Origin: a virus
Lineage: Duplodnaviria; Caudoviricetes
IMG/VR virus record: IMGVR_UViG_3300031957_002550
Span: 1-46,636 of that record
Reading direction: 5' to 3' (one strand)
DNA: 46,636 nt
Position 1 is the first letter of the stretch. Every line of letters begins with the position of its first letter. Shown piece after piece: positions 25,039 through 33,846 of the stretch. The notes beneath the pieces were generated by a model, which had not been told where the DNA came from, ran no database searches, and saw nothing but the letters and a program-made list of their open reading frames with translations. Made by a program: the position numbers and the translations under genes.

Positions 25039-25579
25039 CCTCACCCCAAAGCAACAACGCTTCGTAGAGGAATACCTGATCGACCTGAACGGAACGCAGG
25101 CAGCCCTTCGCGCAGGATACGCTGAAAGTGGTGCTGCGGTAGAGGCTAGCCGACTGCTAAGAAATGCTAAAGTTGTTGAGGAACTAAACAAGGGCCGCCA
25201 AAAGCTCTCAGAACGGCTGGAGATCAGTCAGGAGCGCATTCTACAGGAATATGCACGAATTGGGTTCTCCGACCTGAGAAACGTGCTGGACGAGGACGGG
25301 AAGCTCAAGAGCCCAAAGGACTGGGATGACGACATGGCGGGCGCTATTGCCTCGCTGGAGGTCAATGTCGTGGTGGGAAGCGATGACGCTGGCGTTCATA
25401 CCCACAAGATCAAGACATGGGACAAGCCAAAGGCGCTGGACGCAATGGCCAAGCATCTCGGCATGTTCGAGGGCAAGAAGGATGTGGATGATCCTGAAGA
25501 AAGCGAAGCAGACCGTGACGCCCGTGAACTCGGCCGCAAGCTAGCATTCGTCCTGTCTGGCGCTTTGGGCGGCCAATAA
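25031..25579 (+). CDS. terS: Terminase small subunit
   Basis: LTPKQQRFVEEYLIDLNGTQAALRAGY; DKPKALDAMAKHLGMF. Confidence 0.93.
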   Translation: MANLTPKQQRFVEEYLIDLNGTQAALRAGYAESGAAVEASRLLRNAKVVEELNKGRQKLSERLEISQERILQEYARIGFSDLRNVLDEDGKLKSPKDWDDDMAGAIASLEVNVVVGSDDAGVHTHKIKTWDKPKALDAMAKHLGMFEGKKDVDDPEESEADRDARELGRKLAFVLSGALGGQ

Positions 25580-25661
25580 TGCAACTGACGCGCGAGAAAG
25601 TCTCGAAAATCACGGGGGTTAGACTTTCGCATCCCGCAAAACACAACCCTGAGTGGGTAAA

Positions 25662-27329
25662 ATGAGCGGTTTGAACCTCGATGACATCCTTGCAAAGCTG
25701 ACCTCACTGCCCCCTGAGCAGCAGGCTGAAGCCGTCAAGATGGCTGAGGCGGGCACAAAGGGCATGGTCATCGTGCCGAATCCTGGACCACAGACGATGG
25801 CCTATCACAGCAAGGCTGACCTGCTCTACTATGGCGGTTCGGCTGGTGGCGGTAAAACCATCCTGTTGCTTGCCTTGGCCGCAAACCAGCACCGCGTCGC
25901 GCGCCTGTTCCGTCGCCACTTCAAGGACATTGATGGCGAGGGCGGCATGGTCGAGGCGATGGTCGACGCACTTGGCGGCAGGAAGGGGTACAATTCCCAG
26001 AAGCACACATGGAAGCTTCCGCTGACCGAGACAGATGGCGTCCCTCGCTCCATCGAGTTCGGCGCCTTCACCAATCAGACTGAGGCTGAGGCATATCAGG
26101 GCCGCGCTGCCGACTTCCTTGGCTTTGATGAGGCTGTGCAGTTTCAGGAAGAGCTGATCGAGTTTGCGATGGGCTGGAACCGTCCCGCGAAGGGCGTGCC
26201 ATCTGACCAGCGCTGCCGTGTCGTGCTCGCATCCAACCCACCACTGACGCCTGAAGGCTTGTGGATCTTCGACTGGTTCGCCCCGTGGCTTGATCCGGAA
26301 TACGAGGATCCGCTGAACAAGGGGCCTGCGCAACCAGGTGAGCTGCGCTGGTTCGCCAAGGTGAACGGAATCACGGTCGAGGTGGAAGAGGACTGGGTTG
26401 GCATCATCACGGATGCGCAGGGCAGGGAAGTCGAGGTGCGCCCGAAATCCCGCACATTCATCCCGGCCGCCTTGTCGGACAATCCGGACTTGATGGACAG
26501 CGACTATGCCAACCAGCTGGCTCTCCTGCCTGACCACCTGCAAGACGCCCTGTTGCGCGGCAAGTTCACCACGACAATGGAGGATGCAGAGCGCCAGGCT
26601 ATTCCGACAGCATGGGTTCTGAAGGCACAAGAGCGCTGGCGGATGCGCAAGCATGAGGCTGACCCGGATCACAAGCTCTACGAGCCCATGAGCGCGCTGG
26701 GTACCGACATGGCAGACGGCGGCAAGGACCGCATGATCTGCGCGCCATTGCACAAGACGTTCTTCGCTGAGCCCGTGGTGAAGCCCGGCAAGGAAGTCGA
26801 CACAACAGACAAGCAAGGCGCCATGATACTCGGCGTTGCCCGTGATGATCCGCAATTTAACATCGACTGTGGTGGCGGGTATGGCTCCGGTGTTTCCTCT
26901 ATGCTGGAGAGCAACAACTTCAATGTGAAGCGCATCAAGGGCGGATCAGGCTCCAGTGCCAAGGCGCGTGACGGTCGATCGTTCGGGCTGAAGCGTGACG
27001 AAATGGTCTGGCGCCTGCGTGAGGGGCTGGATCCGGAGCATGGCGACAACATCGCACTTCCCCCTGGTCGGCACATCCTGATGGAGCTGACAGCCTTCCG
27101 CGAGATGCAGCACGGCGATATGCGCGACACGATCCGGATCGAGAACAATGAATCCATCGTCAAGCGCATTGGCCGCTCGCCAGACCTTGCATGGGGCTTC
27201 TTCTTCGCGTGGGCTGAACCGGATGCGATGGCCAAGGAAACCCGCAAGGGTCATGTCGACAGCAGGAAGAAGCGCAACCGTTCACTCCCCGTATCTCTCC
27301 CAGCCCGTAAGGTGAATGGCAGGAGGTAA
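25662..27329 (+). CDS. terL: Terminase large subunit
   Basis: Walker A GGSAGGGKT, Walker B LGFDEA, ASNP, nuclease LGTDMADGGKD and RSPD. Confidence 0.93.
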   Translation: MSGLNLDDILAKLTSLPPEQQAEAVKMAEAGTKGMVIVPNPGPQTMAYHSKADLLYYGGSAGGGKTILLLALAANQHRVARLFRRHFKDIDGEGGMVEAMVDALGGRKGYNSQKHTWKLPLTETDGVPRSIEFGAFTNQTEAEAYQGRAADFLGFDEAVQFQEELIEFAMGWNRPAKGVPSDQRCRVVLASNPPLTPEGLWIFDWFAPWLDPEYEDPLNKGPAQPGELRWFAKVNGITVEVEEDWVGIITDAQGREVEVRPKSRTFIPAALSDNPDLMDSDYANQLALLPDHLQDALLRGKFTTTMEDAERQAIPTAWVLKAQERWRMRKHEADPDHKLYEPMSALGTDMADGGKDRMICAPLHKTFFAEPVVKPGKEVDTTDKQGAMILGVARDDPQFNIDCGGGYGSGVSSMLESNNFNVKRIKGGSGSSAKARDGRSFGLKRDEMVWRLREGLDPEHGDNIALPPGRHILMELTAFREMQHGDMRDTIRIENNESIVKRIGRSPDLAWGFFFAWAEPDAMAKETRKGHVDSRKKRNRSLPVSLPARKVNGRR

Positions 27330-27337
27330 CCTGCCCC

Positions 27338-27562
27338 ATGTCGTTCATGAAGCCCAAGGTGGTGCAATCACCACCGCCCCCACCACCACCGCCCCCTACG
27401 CCGATCCCTGACGAGACGGACCCTGATGTGCGGGAGGCAGAAATCGAACTGCTGCGCAAGAACAAGAAGAAAAAAGGCCGCTCCTCCACATTACTGGATG
27501 GCGCGCTTGGCTCTGGTGATTACGGGCCTGTGCAGGCACAGAAGGCGACGGTGCTTGGATGA
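27338..27562 (+). CDS. Small proline-rich virion-associated protein
   Basis: SD AGGAGGT; poly-Pro, GRSSTLL, C-terminal LG; typical pre-portal position. Confidence 0.75.
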   Translation: MSFMKPKVVQSPPPPPPPPPTPIPDETDPDVREAEIELLRKNKKKKGRSSTLLDGALGSGDYGPVQAQKATVLG

Positions 27563-27765
27563 GCAGGTATTTCACGAAATCCGCAGTGATTGTCACGCCC
27601 GATCCCAGCGATTCCGGGCGCCCGATGGATGTCTATAGCGACATTGGCCAGATGACCGTTCATGAAGATGTGCTGGAAACATGGACCGGCCTGCTTGATG
27701 CGCAAGGCAACGAGATTCACCGCAGTGAGCGCGTCCCGCTCGGATTCCGGGTGGACAAGGCGTAA
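27559..27765 (+). CDS. Hypothetical protein
   Basis: Coupled at both ends. Confidence 0.6.
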   Translation: MSRYFTKSAVIVTPDPSDSGRPMDVYSDIGQMTVHEDVLETWTGLLDAQGNEIHRSERVPLGFRVDKA

Positions 27766-29513
27766 TGGCATATACCGCAACAGTCGACGCGCCAAACGAG
27801 GAGCGCCCGGTTTCCATATCGGGCCTCAAGGCGCGCGTGGACGCATCGAAGAAGCAGCATGAGCGGGCATTTGGCCGGCAGAAGATATACCTCAATCTCT
27901 GGCAGACCCAGGCTGAACTGTTCTATCCAGAGCGCGCTGACTTCACTTGCAACTTCTCCGACGCGCAAGAGCGCTATGATGGTGTGCATTCGTCTGTGCC
28001 GTCGATGATGCGCCGTGACATGGCCCGCAATCTCGGCGCAATGGTTCGCCCGCGTGGCAAGGACTGGTTCCGATTGACCGGAGGCATGGGCTCCAAGCTG
28101 GACCATGAAAGCAAGACCTGGTGCGAGGATGCCACCCAGACACAGCGCAAGATTCTCTATGAGCGCAAGGCCCGGTTCACGTCTGCAATGGCGGAATCCG
28201 ATGATGACTATGTGACCTTTGGCAACGCGGTCATCGTGCACGGCCAGCGCGCTGATGCGTCCGGCCTGATGTTCCACTGTATGCACCTGCGAGACAGCGC
28301 ATGGAGCCGCAATGCCGATGGCGAGATCGATGTCCTGCACCTGAAGCGCAAATGGACCCTGCGCCAAGTGGTCGCCAAGTTCGGCATCGACGCCCTTCCG
28401 AAAGAGTGGAAGGACAAGTGGGACCAGGACAAGTACGAAGAAGAGGTGATGCTGCATACCAGCGTCCGCCCTGTCGATGACGCCAGCTACACCGCCAATG
28501 AGCGCCTGCCGAAGTTCGCCAAATTCTGCCAACTCTGGTGGGCTGCTGATTGCTCCAAGGATTATGAGCTGGGCGAAAGCTTCCTGTATTCCAAGCCGTT
28601 CCTTGTCCGCGAATGGATGAGCGTTTCCGGTGAGCAGTATGCCCGCTCGCCCTGCACATCTGTTGCGCTGGCGGATGGCCGCACGCTCAATGTGGCAGAG
28701 GAAGCCCTGCTGACATCGATCGAGGATGCTGTCCGGCCGGCCAAGTACACGCGCCCCGGTGTCATCCAGTCCGAACTGGACCTTCGGGCGAACACGGTTG
28801 TCTACATCGATGACGAATATGACGAGCGCATGGGCGCCCCGATTGGCATGGTTCCACAAGGTGACCCGCGTTATGCGATGGATTTCACCGAACGCATGGC
28901 TGAGCGCCTGGGTATGGAGTTCTTCCAGAACATCCTGAAGCTGCCGGAACAGGGCGACATGACCGCCTATGAGGTGGCTGAGCGGATCGAGATCTACGTC
29001 CGGGAAGCTGCGCCGCTGTTCGAGCCGATGGAGGCGGAGAATGCTGACCTGATGGATTCGGTATTCGAGCGGGCCATGATGAAGGGCGCTTTCGGGCGTA
29101 TCTTGCCAAGCGGCATGATCGAGGGCCTGCCAGAAGGACTGAAGGACAAGGATACCGAGTTCGAGTTCGAGACGCCCTTGTCGGAGGCCCTGCGCAAGCA
29201 GCGGGCCATGCAGTATGATGCCTTGCTTGGCACCGTCGGCAATTTGATGGCGCTCCAGCATCCGAAGGCGATGGCCGCGATTGACAATTTCGACATCGAC
29301 AAGGCGACCCGTGACGGCATGGAAGGCAAGATGCCTGTGGGCTGGCTGAAGTCCGAAGAGGATCGTGACGAGGAACGCGCCGCCAACCAGCAGGCCGCGC
29401 AGCAGGCGCAAGCCAAGGAAGAGGCGATGGCTGCGGCAGAGATCGCATCGAAGGCCAATCCCGAGAATGTGAAGATGGCCGGGCGCGTGATGGATGGAGA
29501 GACAATTGCCTGA
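27765..29513 (+). CDS. Portal (head-to-tail connector), T7/BPP-1 type
   Basis: WFRL, FGNA, GEQYARSP, MTAYEV; size and position. Confidence 0.92.
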   Translation: MAYTATVDAPNEERPVSISGLKARVDASKKQHERAFGRQKIYLNLWQTQAELFYPERADFTCNFSDAQERYDGVHSSVPSMMRRDMARNLGAMVRPRGKDWFRLTGGMGSKLDHESKTWCEDATQTQRKILYERKARFTSAMAESDDDYVTFGNAVIVHGQRADASGLMFHCMHLRDSAWSRNADGEIDVLHLKRKWTLRQVVAKFGIDALPKEWKDKWDQDKYEEEVMLHTSVRPVDDASYTANERLPKFAKFCQLWWAADCSKDYELGESFLYSKPFLVREWMSVSGEQYARSPCTSVALADGRTLNVAEEALLTSIEDAVRPAKYTRPGVIQSELDLRANTVVYIDDEYDERMGAPIGMVPQGDPRYAMDFTERMAERLGMEFFQNILKLPEQGDMTAYEVAERIEIYVREAAPLFEPMEAENADLMDSVFERAMMKGAFGRILPSGMIEGLPEGLKDKDTEFEFETPLSEALRKQRAMQYDALLGTVGNLMALQHPKAMAAIDNFDIDKATRDGMEGKMPVGWLKSEEDRDEERAANQQAAQQAQAKEEAMAAAEIASKANPENVKMAGRVMDGETIA

Positions 29514-29790
29514 TCAGGCTCCGAAGCGGCTGCGCATTGACCAGGTTCCGCAGGTTGACGAGGCCACGCGGCTCGCAATCCGGGCATTTGTCCGCGGGCA
29601 TTCGACGGGCGCACAAGCCACGATGGTCGCCAATTTCATCCTGAACCAGCTCTGCGGCATGACGGCGTATCAGCCGGCGACACTCGGGGAGCGTGAGGCA
29701 GGCTTCCTGTCAGGCAAGCAATGGGTCGGCTACACCCTTGCCAGCATCGCGGATATTCGCCTGTTCGAGGCCCATCTGGACGAGGAATAG
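29506..29790 (+). CDS. Small post-portal protein (Bbp19-like position)
   Basis: AGFLSGKQWVG motif; TTG start after GGAG. Confidence 0.65.
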   Translation: MPDQAPKRLRIDQVPQVDEATRLAIRAFVRGHSTGAQATMVANFILNQLCGMTAYQPATLGEREAGFLSGKQWVGYTLASIADIRLFEAHLDEE

Positions 29791-29856
29791 CGCGGTACAC
29801 TCTGGATATACAGGCCCTGCGTAGAGTGACACTCAGAGAGCAAGAAGAGGCCCTGA

Positions 29857-30822
29857 ATGTCTTTAGAAGCAACCACCGCCGATCCTGTCACTGATCCAGT
29901 CCCAGCTGCACCTGCGGCCGATCCTGCGCCGACGAATGGCGCTGATCCGGCTCCGGCTGCTCCCGCCGCTGATCCTGCGCCAGCTGATCCTGCTCCGGTC
30001 GAAGACTGGCGCAAGCCGTTTGCGATGGGCGAGGATGGAACTGTCGATGACAAGCGCCTGACCGCACTGCAACGCTTCACCACGCAGGCAGAGTATGACA
30101 GGGCATTCCGCGAAACCCAGACGGCCCTTCGCGGCAAACAGGAAGGCATGATCAAGCTGCCCGGCGCTGATGCGACCGAGGAGGACCTTGTGGCCTTCAA
30201 CAAATCCCTTGGTGTTCCTGAGAAGCCGGACGGCTACAAAAACCTGATCGCCCCGCCTGAAGGACTGGAGCTTGGCGAAGCTGACCAGCAATTCCTCGAA
30301 GGCCTGACCGCCAAGCTGCACGAGAAGGGCGGATTCCTCGCCACTGAGGAAGGCCAGAACGCGGCCCGGCAATTCTACTACGACATGTACGAGGAGCAGG
30401 CGTCCCAGATGGCTGCCGCTGCTGTCGTTACCAAACAGACCACAGAGAAGAACCTCAAGACCGATTGGGGTGCAGAGTTCAAGATCAACAACGCTTATGC
30501 GGAAGAAGCAATCCGGGCACATGCGCCCGTTGAGAGCGCCCGCGAATTGCTGGACATCACGCTCGCTGACGGCAGCAAGCTGGGTGACCAGGAAGTGTTT
30601 GTCCGGTTCTGCGCCAATGCTGGCCGGGCCACGACTGAGAACACCGAATTTCTACAGGACATCATCAGCGGCGAGAGCCTTTCGGCCAGCGCTGCTGAGG
30701 ACAGAATCAAAACGCTCCGCTCCTATCGCGAGACAGATCCGAAGAAGTACGCGGAAGTGTCAGCGCCAGGTGGCGAGCTTCAGCGCCTGATGGCGCAGAT
30801 TGAGCGATCTTCCGGGCGGTAA
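29857..30822 (+). CDS. Capsid scaffolding protein
   Basis: PAADPAP repeats, LGVPEKPDGY, LKTDWG; precedes the capsid gene. Confidence 0.8.
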   Translation: MSLEATTADPVTDPVPAAPAADPAPTNGADPAPAAPAADPAPADPAPVEDWRKPFAMGEDGTVDDKRLTALQRFTTQAEYDRAFRETQTALRGKQEGMIKLPGADATEEDLVAFNKSLGVPEKPDGYKNLIAPPEGLELGEADQQFLEGLTAKLHEKGGFLATEEGQNAARQFYYDMYEEQASQMAAAAVVTKQTTEKNLKTDWGAEFKINNAYAEEAIRAHAPVESARELLDITLADGSKLGDQEVFVRFCANAGRATTENTEFLQDIISGESLSASAAEDRIKTLRSYRETDPKKYAEVSAPGGELQRLMAQIERSSGR

Positions 30823-30852
30823 CGCTCGGTTCGGCCAGACTGCTGCTCTGAT

Positions 30853-30971
30853 GGCGATGGGCAGATAGCGAGGCCACGCGGCTTACCCGGTTTATCCGGC
30901 CCCGCGCTCCATCGAAGGATTGCCATGCGGCCCCCGGCAACGGGCCTACCCGCAGGAACTCCGACATCGCC
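30853..30971 (+). promoter_or_regulatory. Structured 5' leader of the capsid gene
   Basis: Closing stem 30853-30859/30965-30971; hairpins 30877-30906 and 30926-30954 share one internal loop. Confidence 0.6.
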
Positions 30972-31004
30972 TCCCAACCACCCCAAACATGGGAACGATG
31001 AATC

Positions 31005-31865
31005 ATGTCTGTAAATACGGTTTCTGCGCTTGAGCGCAGTATGTACAATGACGAGTTCCGTACCGACTTCGAGCGCGAGAAATCCCTGCTCATGAAGGCG
31101 GTTCGGTCTGATGGCCTGATGAAGGCCGGCACAATCTACTGGGATGTCACGGGCCTGACCGATGAATCGGCAGAACGTGGCCGTGATGGCTCCATTCCAG
31201 TGTCGAACCTCGCTGATAGCCAGGTTTCCGATACGCCGAAAGAGTTCTTCAAGAAGTATCGTATCGATGATTTCGATGCCTTCAAGACGAACCCGAACTA
31301 CCGCGCACAGCAGTACCGCAAGGTCATTGCTGCGAGCTACCGCAAGATCGACAATCGGATCATCTCGATTCTCGACACGTCCACCAATGTGCAGAACTCC
31401 AGTTCTGCCATCGACTTCGGTGCCTTTGGCCCGCTGTTGACGTGGACCGCCGCCCTCTGGTCGAACGACGTGCCGAATGATGGCCGCGTCTGGGCCGCTG
31501 TCACGCCGAATGCGCTCGCGCAGATGATGACCATCAGCGAGTTCAAGAACGCCGACTTCGTGAACACGAAGAAGGTTGAGGCTGGCTCGAACGGCTACGG
31601 TGAGAACGGCTATTGGAACTGGCTGGGCGTGAAATGGTTCATGCACACTGGCCTGACCGGTATCGGCACATCCACGGCTGATTGCTGGATGTGGCACGAA
31701 GATGCGGTTGCGCATCAGGTTGCCGGTGAGCCTGAAGTCCACATGTACTATTACGAGCCAGAAGATCGCTGGGAAGTCTGGGGCAAGGTTCGCTCCGCCC
31801 GTGCGCTTCCGCTGCCTCGTGGTGTGCAGGGCGCTGTTCACGACGATACCGCAACCATCGCATAA
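31005..31865 (+). CDS. Major capsid protein
   Basis: Position, size; RKIDNRII, WLGVKWFMHTGL. Confidence 0.88.
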   Translation: MSVNTVSALERSMYNDEFRTDFEREKSLLMKAVRSDGLMKAGTIYWDVTGLTDESAERGRDGSIPVSNLADSQVSDTPKEFFKKYRIDDFDAFKTNPNYRAQQYRKVIAASYRKIDNRIISILDTSTNVQNSSSAIDFGAFGPLLTWTAALWSNDVPNDGRVWAAVTPNALAQMMTISEFKNADFVNTKKVEAGSNGYGENGYWNWLGVKWFMHTGLTGIGTSTADCWMWHEDAVAHQVAGEPEVHMYYYEPEDRWEVWGKVRSARALPLPRGVQGAVHDDTATIA

Positions 31866-31877
31866 GGGATTTGAAAC

Positions 31878-32195
31878 ATGGCTTATAATTCTGACTATCT
31901 GACTCTCGCCGTGCCAAAGCTCGGCCCGCTGGGCACCAATATCTGGGTGTACCACGGGATTGATGCGACGGGCACGGTCGACACGGCAGGTCACTTCACG
32001 GACGGTGCCGCTCGCGGCATGGAGCCTGGCGATCTGGTCTTTGCGGTTGTCTGGACAACGGCTGTCCCGACCACGACTGCTGCGAAGCTTGCTGCTGCTC
32101 CGGCAGATGCCAGCCTCTACGTTGTGATCGACGTATCCGGCGATGCGGCGACTGTCTCGACCGAGACGGCACTCTCTGTGGCCGCTACGGCCTAA
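31878..32195 (+). CDS. Probable head decoration protein
   Basis: TVDTAGHFTDG...GDLV; follows the capsid gene. Confidence 0.65.
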   Translation: MAYNSDYLTLAVPKLGPLGTNIWVYHGIDATGTVDTAGHFTDGAARGMEPGDLVFAVVWTTAVPTTTAAKLAAAPADASLYVVIDVSGDAATVSTETALSVAATA

Positions 32196-32221
32196 GAGGG
32201 GTTCACCCGCTATCTACAGGG

Positions 32222-32255
32222 AAGGGGCTAGTGTTCTTGCAACGCTGGCCCCTTT
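32222..32255 (+). terminator. Hairpin after head genes, possible partial terminator
   Basis: 14-bp stem aaggggctagtgtt/aacgctggcccctt with a short T run. Confidence 0.55.
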
Positions 32256-32270
32256 GCCTATGGAGCAAAC

Positions 32271-32798
32271 ATGACTGCATATCTCGAAAGCAAGAACCTT
32301 CACGTCGAATACACGGGCGCGCACCGCAGCACCTACCTCGCGCGCATCCCACAAGACCACACGGCCGATGATGTCCTGGCGCCTGAGTATTTCGGCAAGC
32401 TGATGGCATCCAAGACGCTGACAGCAGGCGACCGGATCCTGATCGAGTGGCAGGACTTCTCCAAGTTTGGCGAGCTGGTTGTGCTGGGGCAGGTCAATTC
32501 CATCAACCACCTGATCACGTCCGCCATTGTGCCGATCAAGGAGCGCGCTGCTCCGAACATCCCGGCCAAGTGGGAAATCCGCTGGATCGGCGGGGCTGAA
32601 CTGCACGGCATCTTCTATGATGATGCGCTGAAGGAGGGCGGGTTTGTCACGCAGGAACTGGCAGCCATTCGCATTCACACGCTGGTTGCGATGGATGTTG
32701 AGAAGGCCGCAGTCCGGGCCGCGACCAGTCAGTCCAAGGCGGCCCCTAAAGCCCCCTCCAAGCCGTCGACCAAGAAAGCTGATGCAGAGGCAGCCTGA
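32271..32798 (+). CDS. Hypothetical structural-module protein
   Basis: SD GGAG. Confidence 0.75.
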   Translation: MTAYLESKNLHVEYTGAHRSTYLARIPQDHTADDVLAPEYFGKLMASKTLTAGDRILIEWQDFSKFGELVVLGQVNSINHLITSAIVPIKERAAPNIPAKWEIRWIGGAELHGIFYDDALKEGGFVTQELAAIRIHTLVAMDVEKAAVRAATSQSKAAPKAPSKPSTKKADAEAA

Positions 32799-33409
32799 TG
32801 CCGACCAAGGCGGACGTCATAAACACAGCGCTTCGCATATTGGGGGAGAAGCAATCCCCCGGTGTTGACGAAACCAAGCCGCATGTGAAGCGCCTGACCA
32901 ATGCGTATGAGCCTGTTGTGCGGGCGGCATTCGAGGATCACCCGTGGAACTTCGCTTCTGAGGTTGTGTCGCTGTCCGCCGTTGCGTCGACTGAGCCCGG
33001 CTGGGACTACACATTCAACCAGCCTGCCAACTTCCTGCGGTTCATGAAGCTCCGGCCGGATACCAATTTTGGCGATGGCTATGATGATATGGCCTATGAG
33101 GTGCGCAATGGTCTGTGGCTGACCAATTCCGAAACGACTTACATGAAGTTCGTCTCGAAGGCGAAGATGACCATGCCTGGCTCATGGACGCAGCAATTCG
33201 GGAACATGGTTGGAGCCATGCTGGCGGATGAAACCTATCCCGCGACCGATGAAGGCAACTCCACGCGAGACCGGATCGAGAAGAAGCTGAAGGAATATCG
33301 GAAGGCCGCCAAGTCTCTCGATGGCTCGAACAAGGCGGTTTATGTGCGCCCGGCTGGCAACTTCGTGGCGGCCCGCCGGCAGGGTATCGGAGGAGCGAGG
33401 TATTCATGA
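32798..33409 (+). CDS. Tail tubular protein A (adaptor)
   Basis: INTALRILGE, HPWNFA, WDYTFNQPANFLR. Confidence 0.88.
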   Translation: MPTKADVINTALRILGEKQSPGVDETKPHVKRLTNAYEPVVRAAFEDHPWNFASEVVSLSAVASTEPGWDYTFNQPANFLRFMKLRPDTNFGDGYDDMAYEVRNGLWLTNSETTYMKFVSKAKMTMPGSWTQQFGNMVGAMLADETYPATDEGNSTRDRIEKKLKEYRKAAKSLDGSNKAVYVRPAGNFVAARRQGIGGARYS

Positions 33410-33846
33410 GCAAGAACAAGGGCGAAATCGTCGCGTTCAATGCGGGTGAGTTCGGAGATGAGGCGCTTGCACGCACAGACCTCCAGAACTATGCCCGTGG
33501 CGCCGAGACGATGGAGAACATCTTTCCGCATATACAGGGTGGCATGTCCAAGATGCCCGGCACGATCTATGTGGCGGCAACCCCTTCCAATGGCGCGGCT
33601 GAGTTCCGTCCGTTCATCTTCTCTGAATCGGTCAAGTTCGGGCTTGAGTTCTCGGATACCAAGATGCGCATTGTGGTCGATGGCGGCCTGCTCCAGCTTG
33701 AGGGCGCGGCTGCGTCAGTCGGCTCATGGTCGGATGAAAGCGCTGCCACGCCATCGGGCGGCGGTGATGCGCCATCTGGCGGCACAGGTGAACTCTTCAC
33801 GCCAGAGACCTATTGGGTTGGGGATGTCTACGGGGTCTATGCCTGA
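33406..33846 (+). CDS. Tail tubular protein B (nozzle), N-terminal part
   Basis: FNAGEF...ARTDLQNY...ENIFPHIQGG...PFIFS...LEF. Confidence 0.8.
   Translation: MSKNKGEIVAFNAGEFGDEALARTDLQNYARGAETMENIFPHIQGGMSKMPGTIYVAATPSNGAAEFRPFIFSESVKFGLEFSDTKMRIVVDGGLLQLEGAAASVGSWSDESAATPSGGGDAPSGGTGELFTPETYWVGDVYGVYA

Noticed and set aside
29875-30000. Tandem repeats at the scaffold 5' end
   Set aside because: Explained by low-complexity PAADPAP coding
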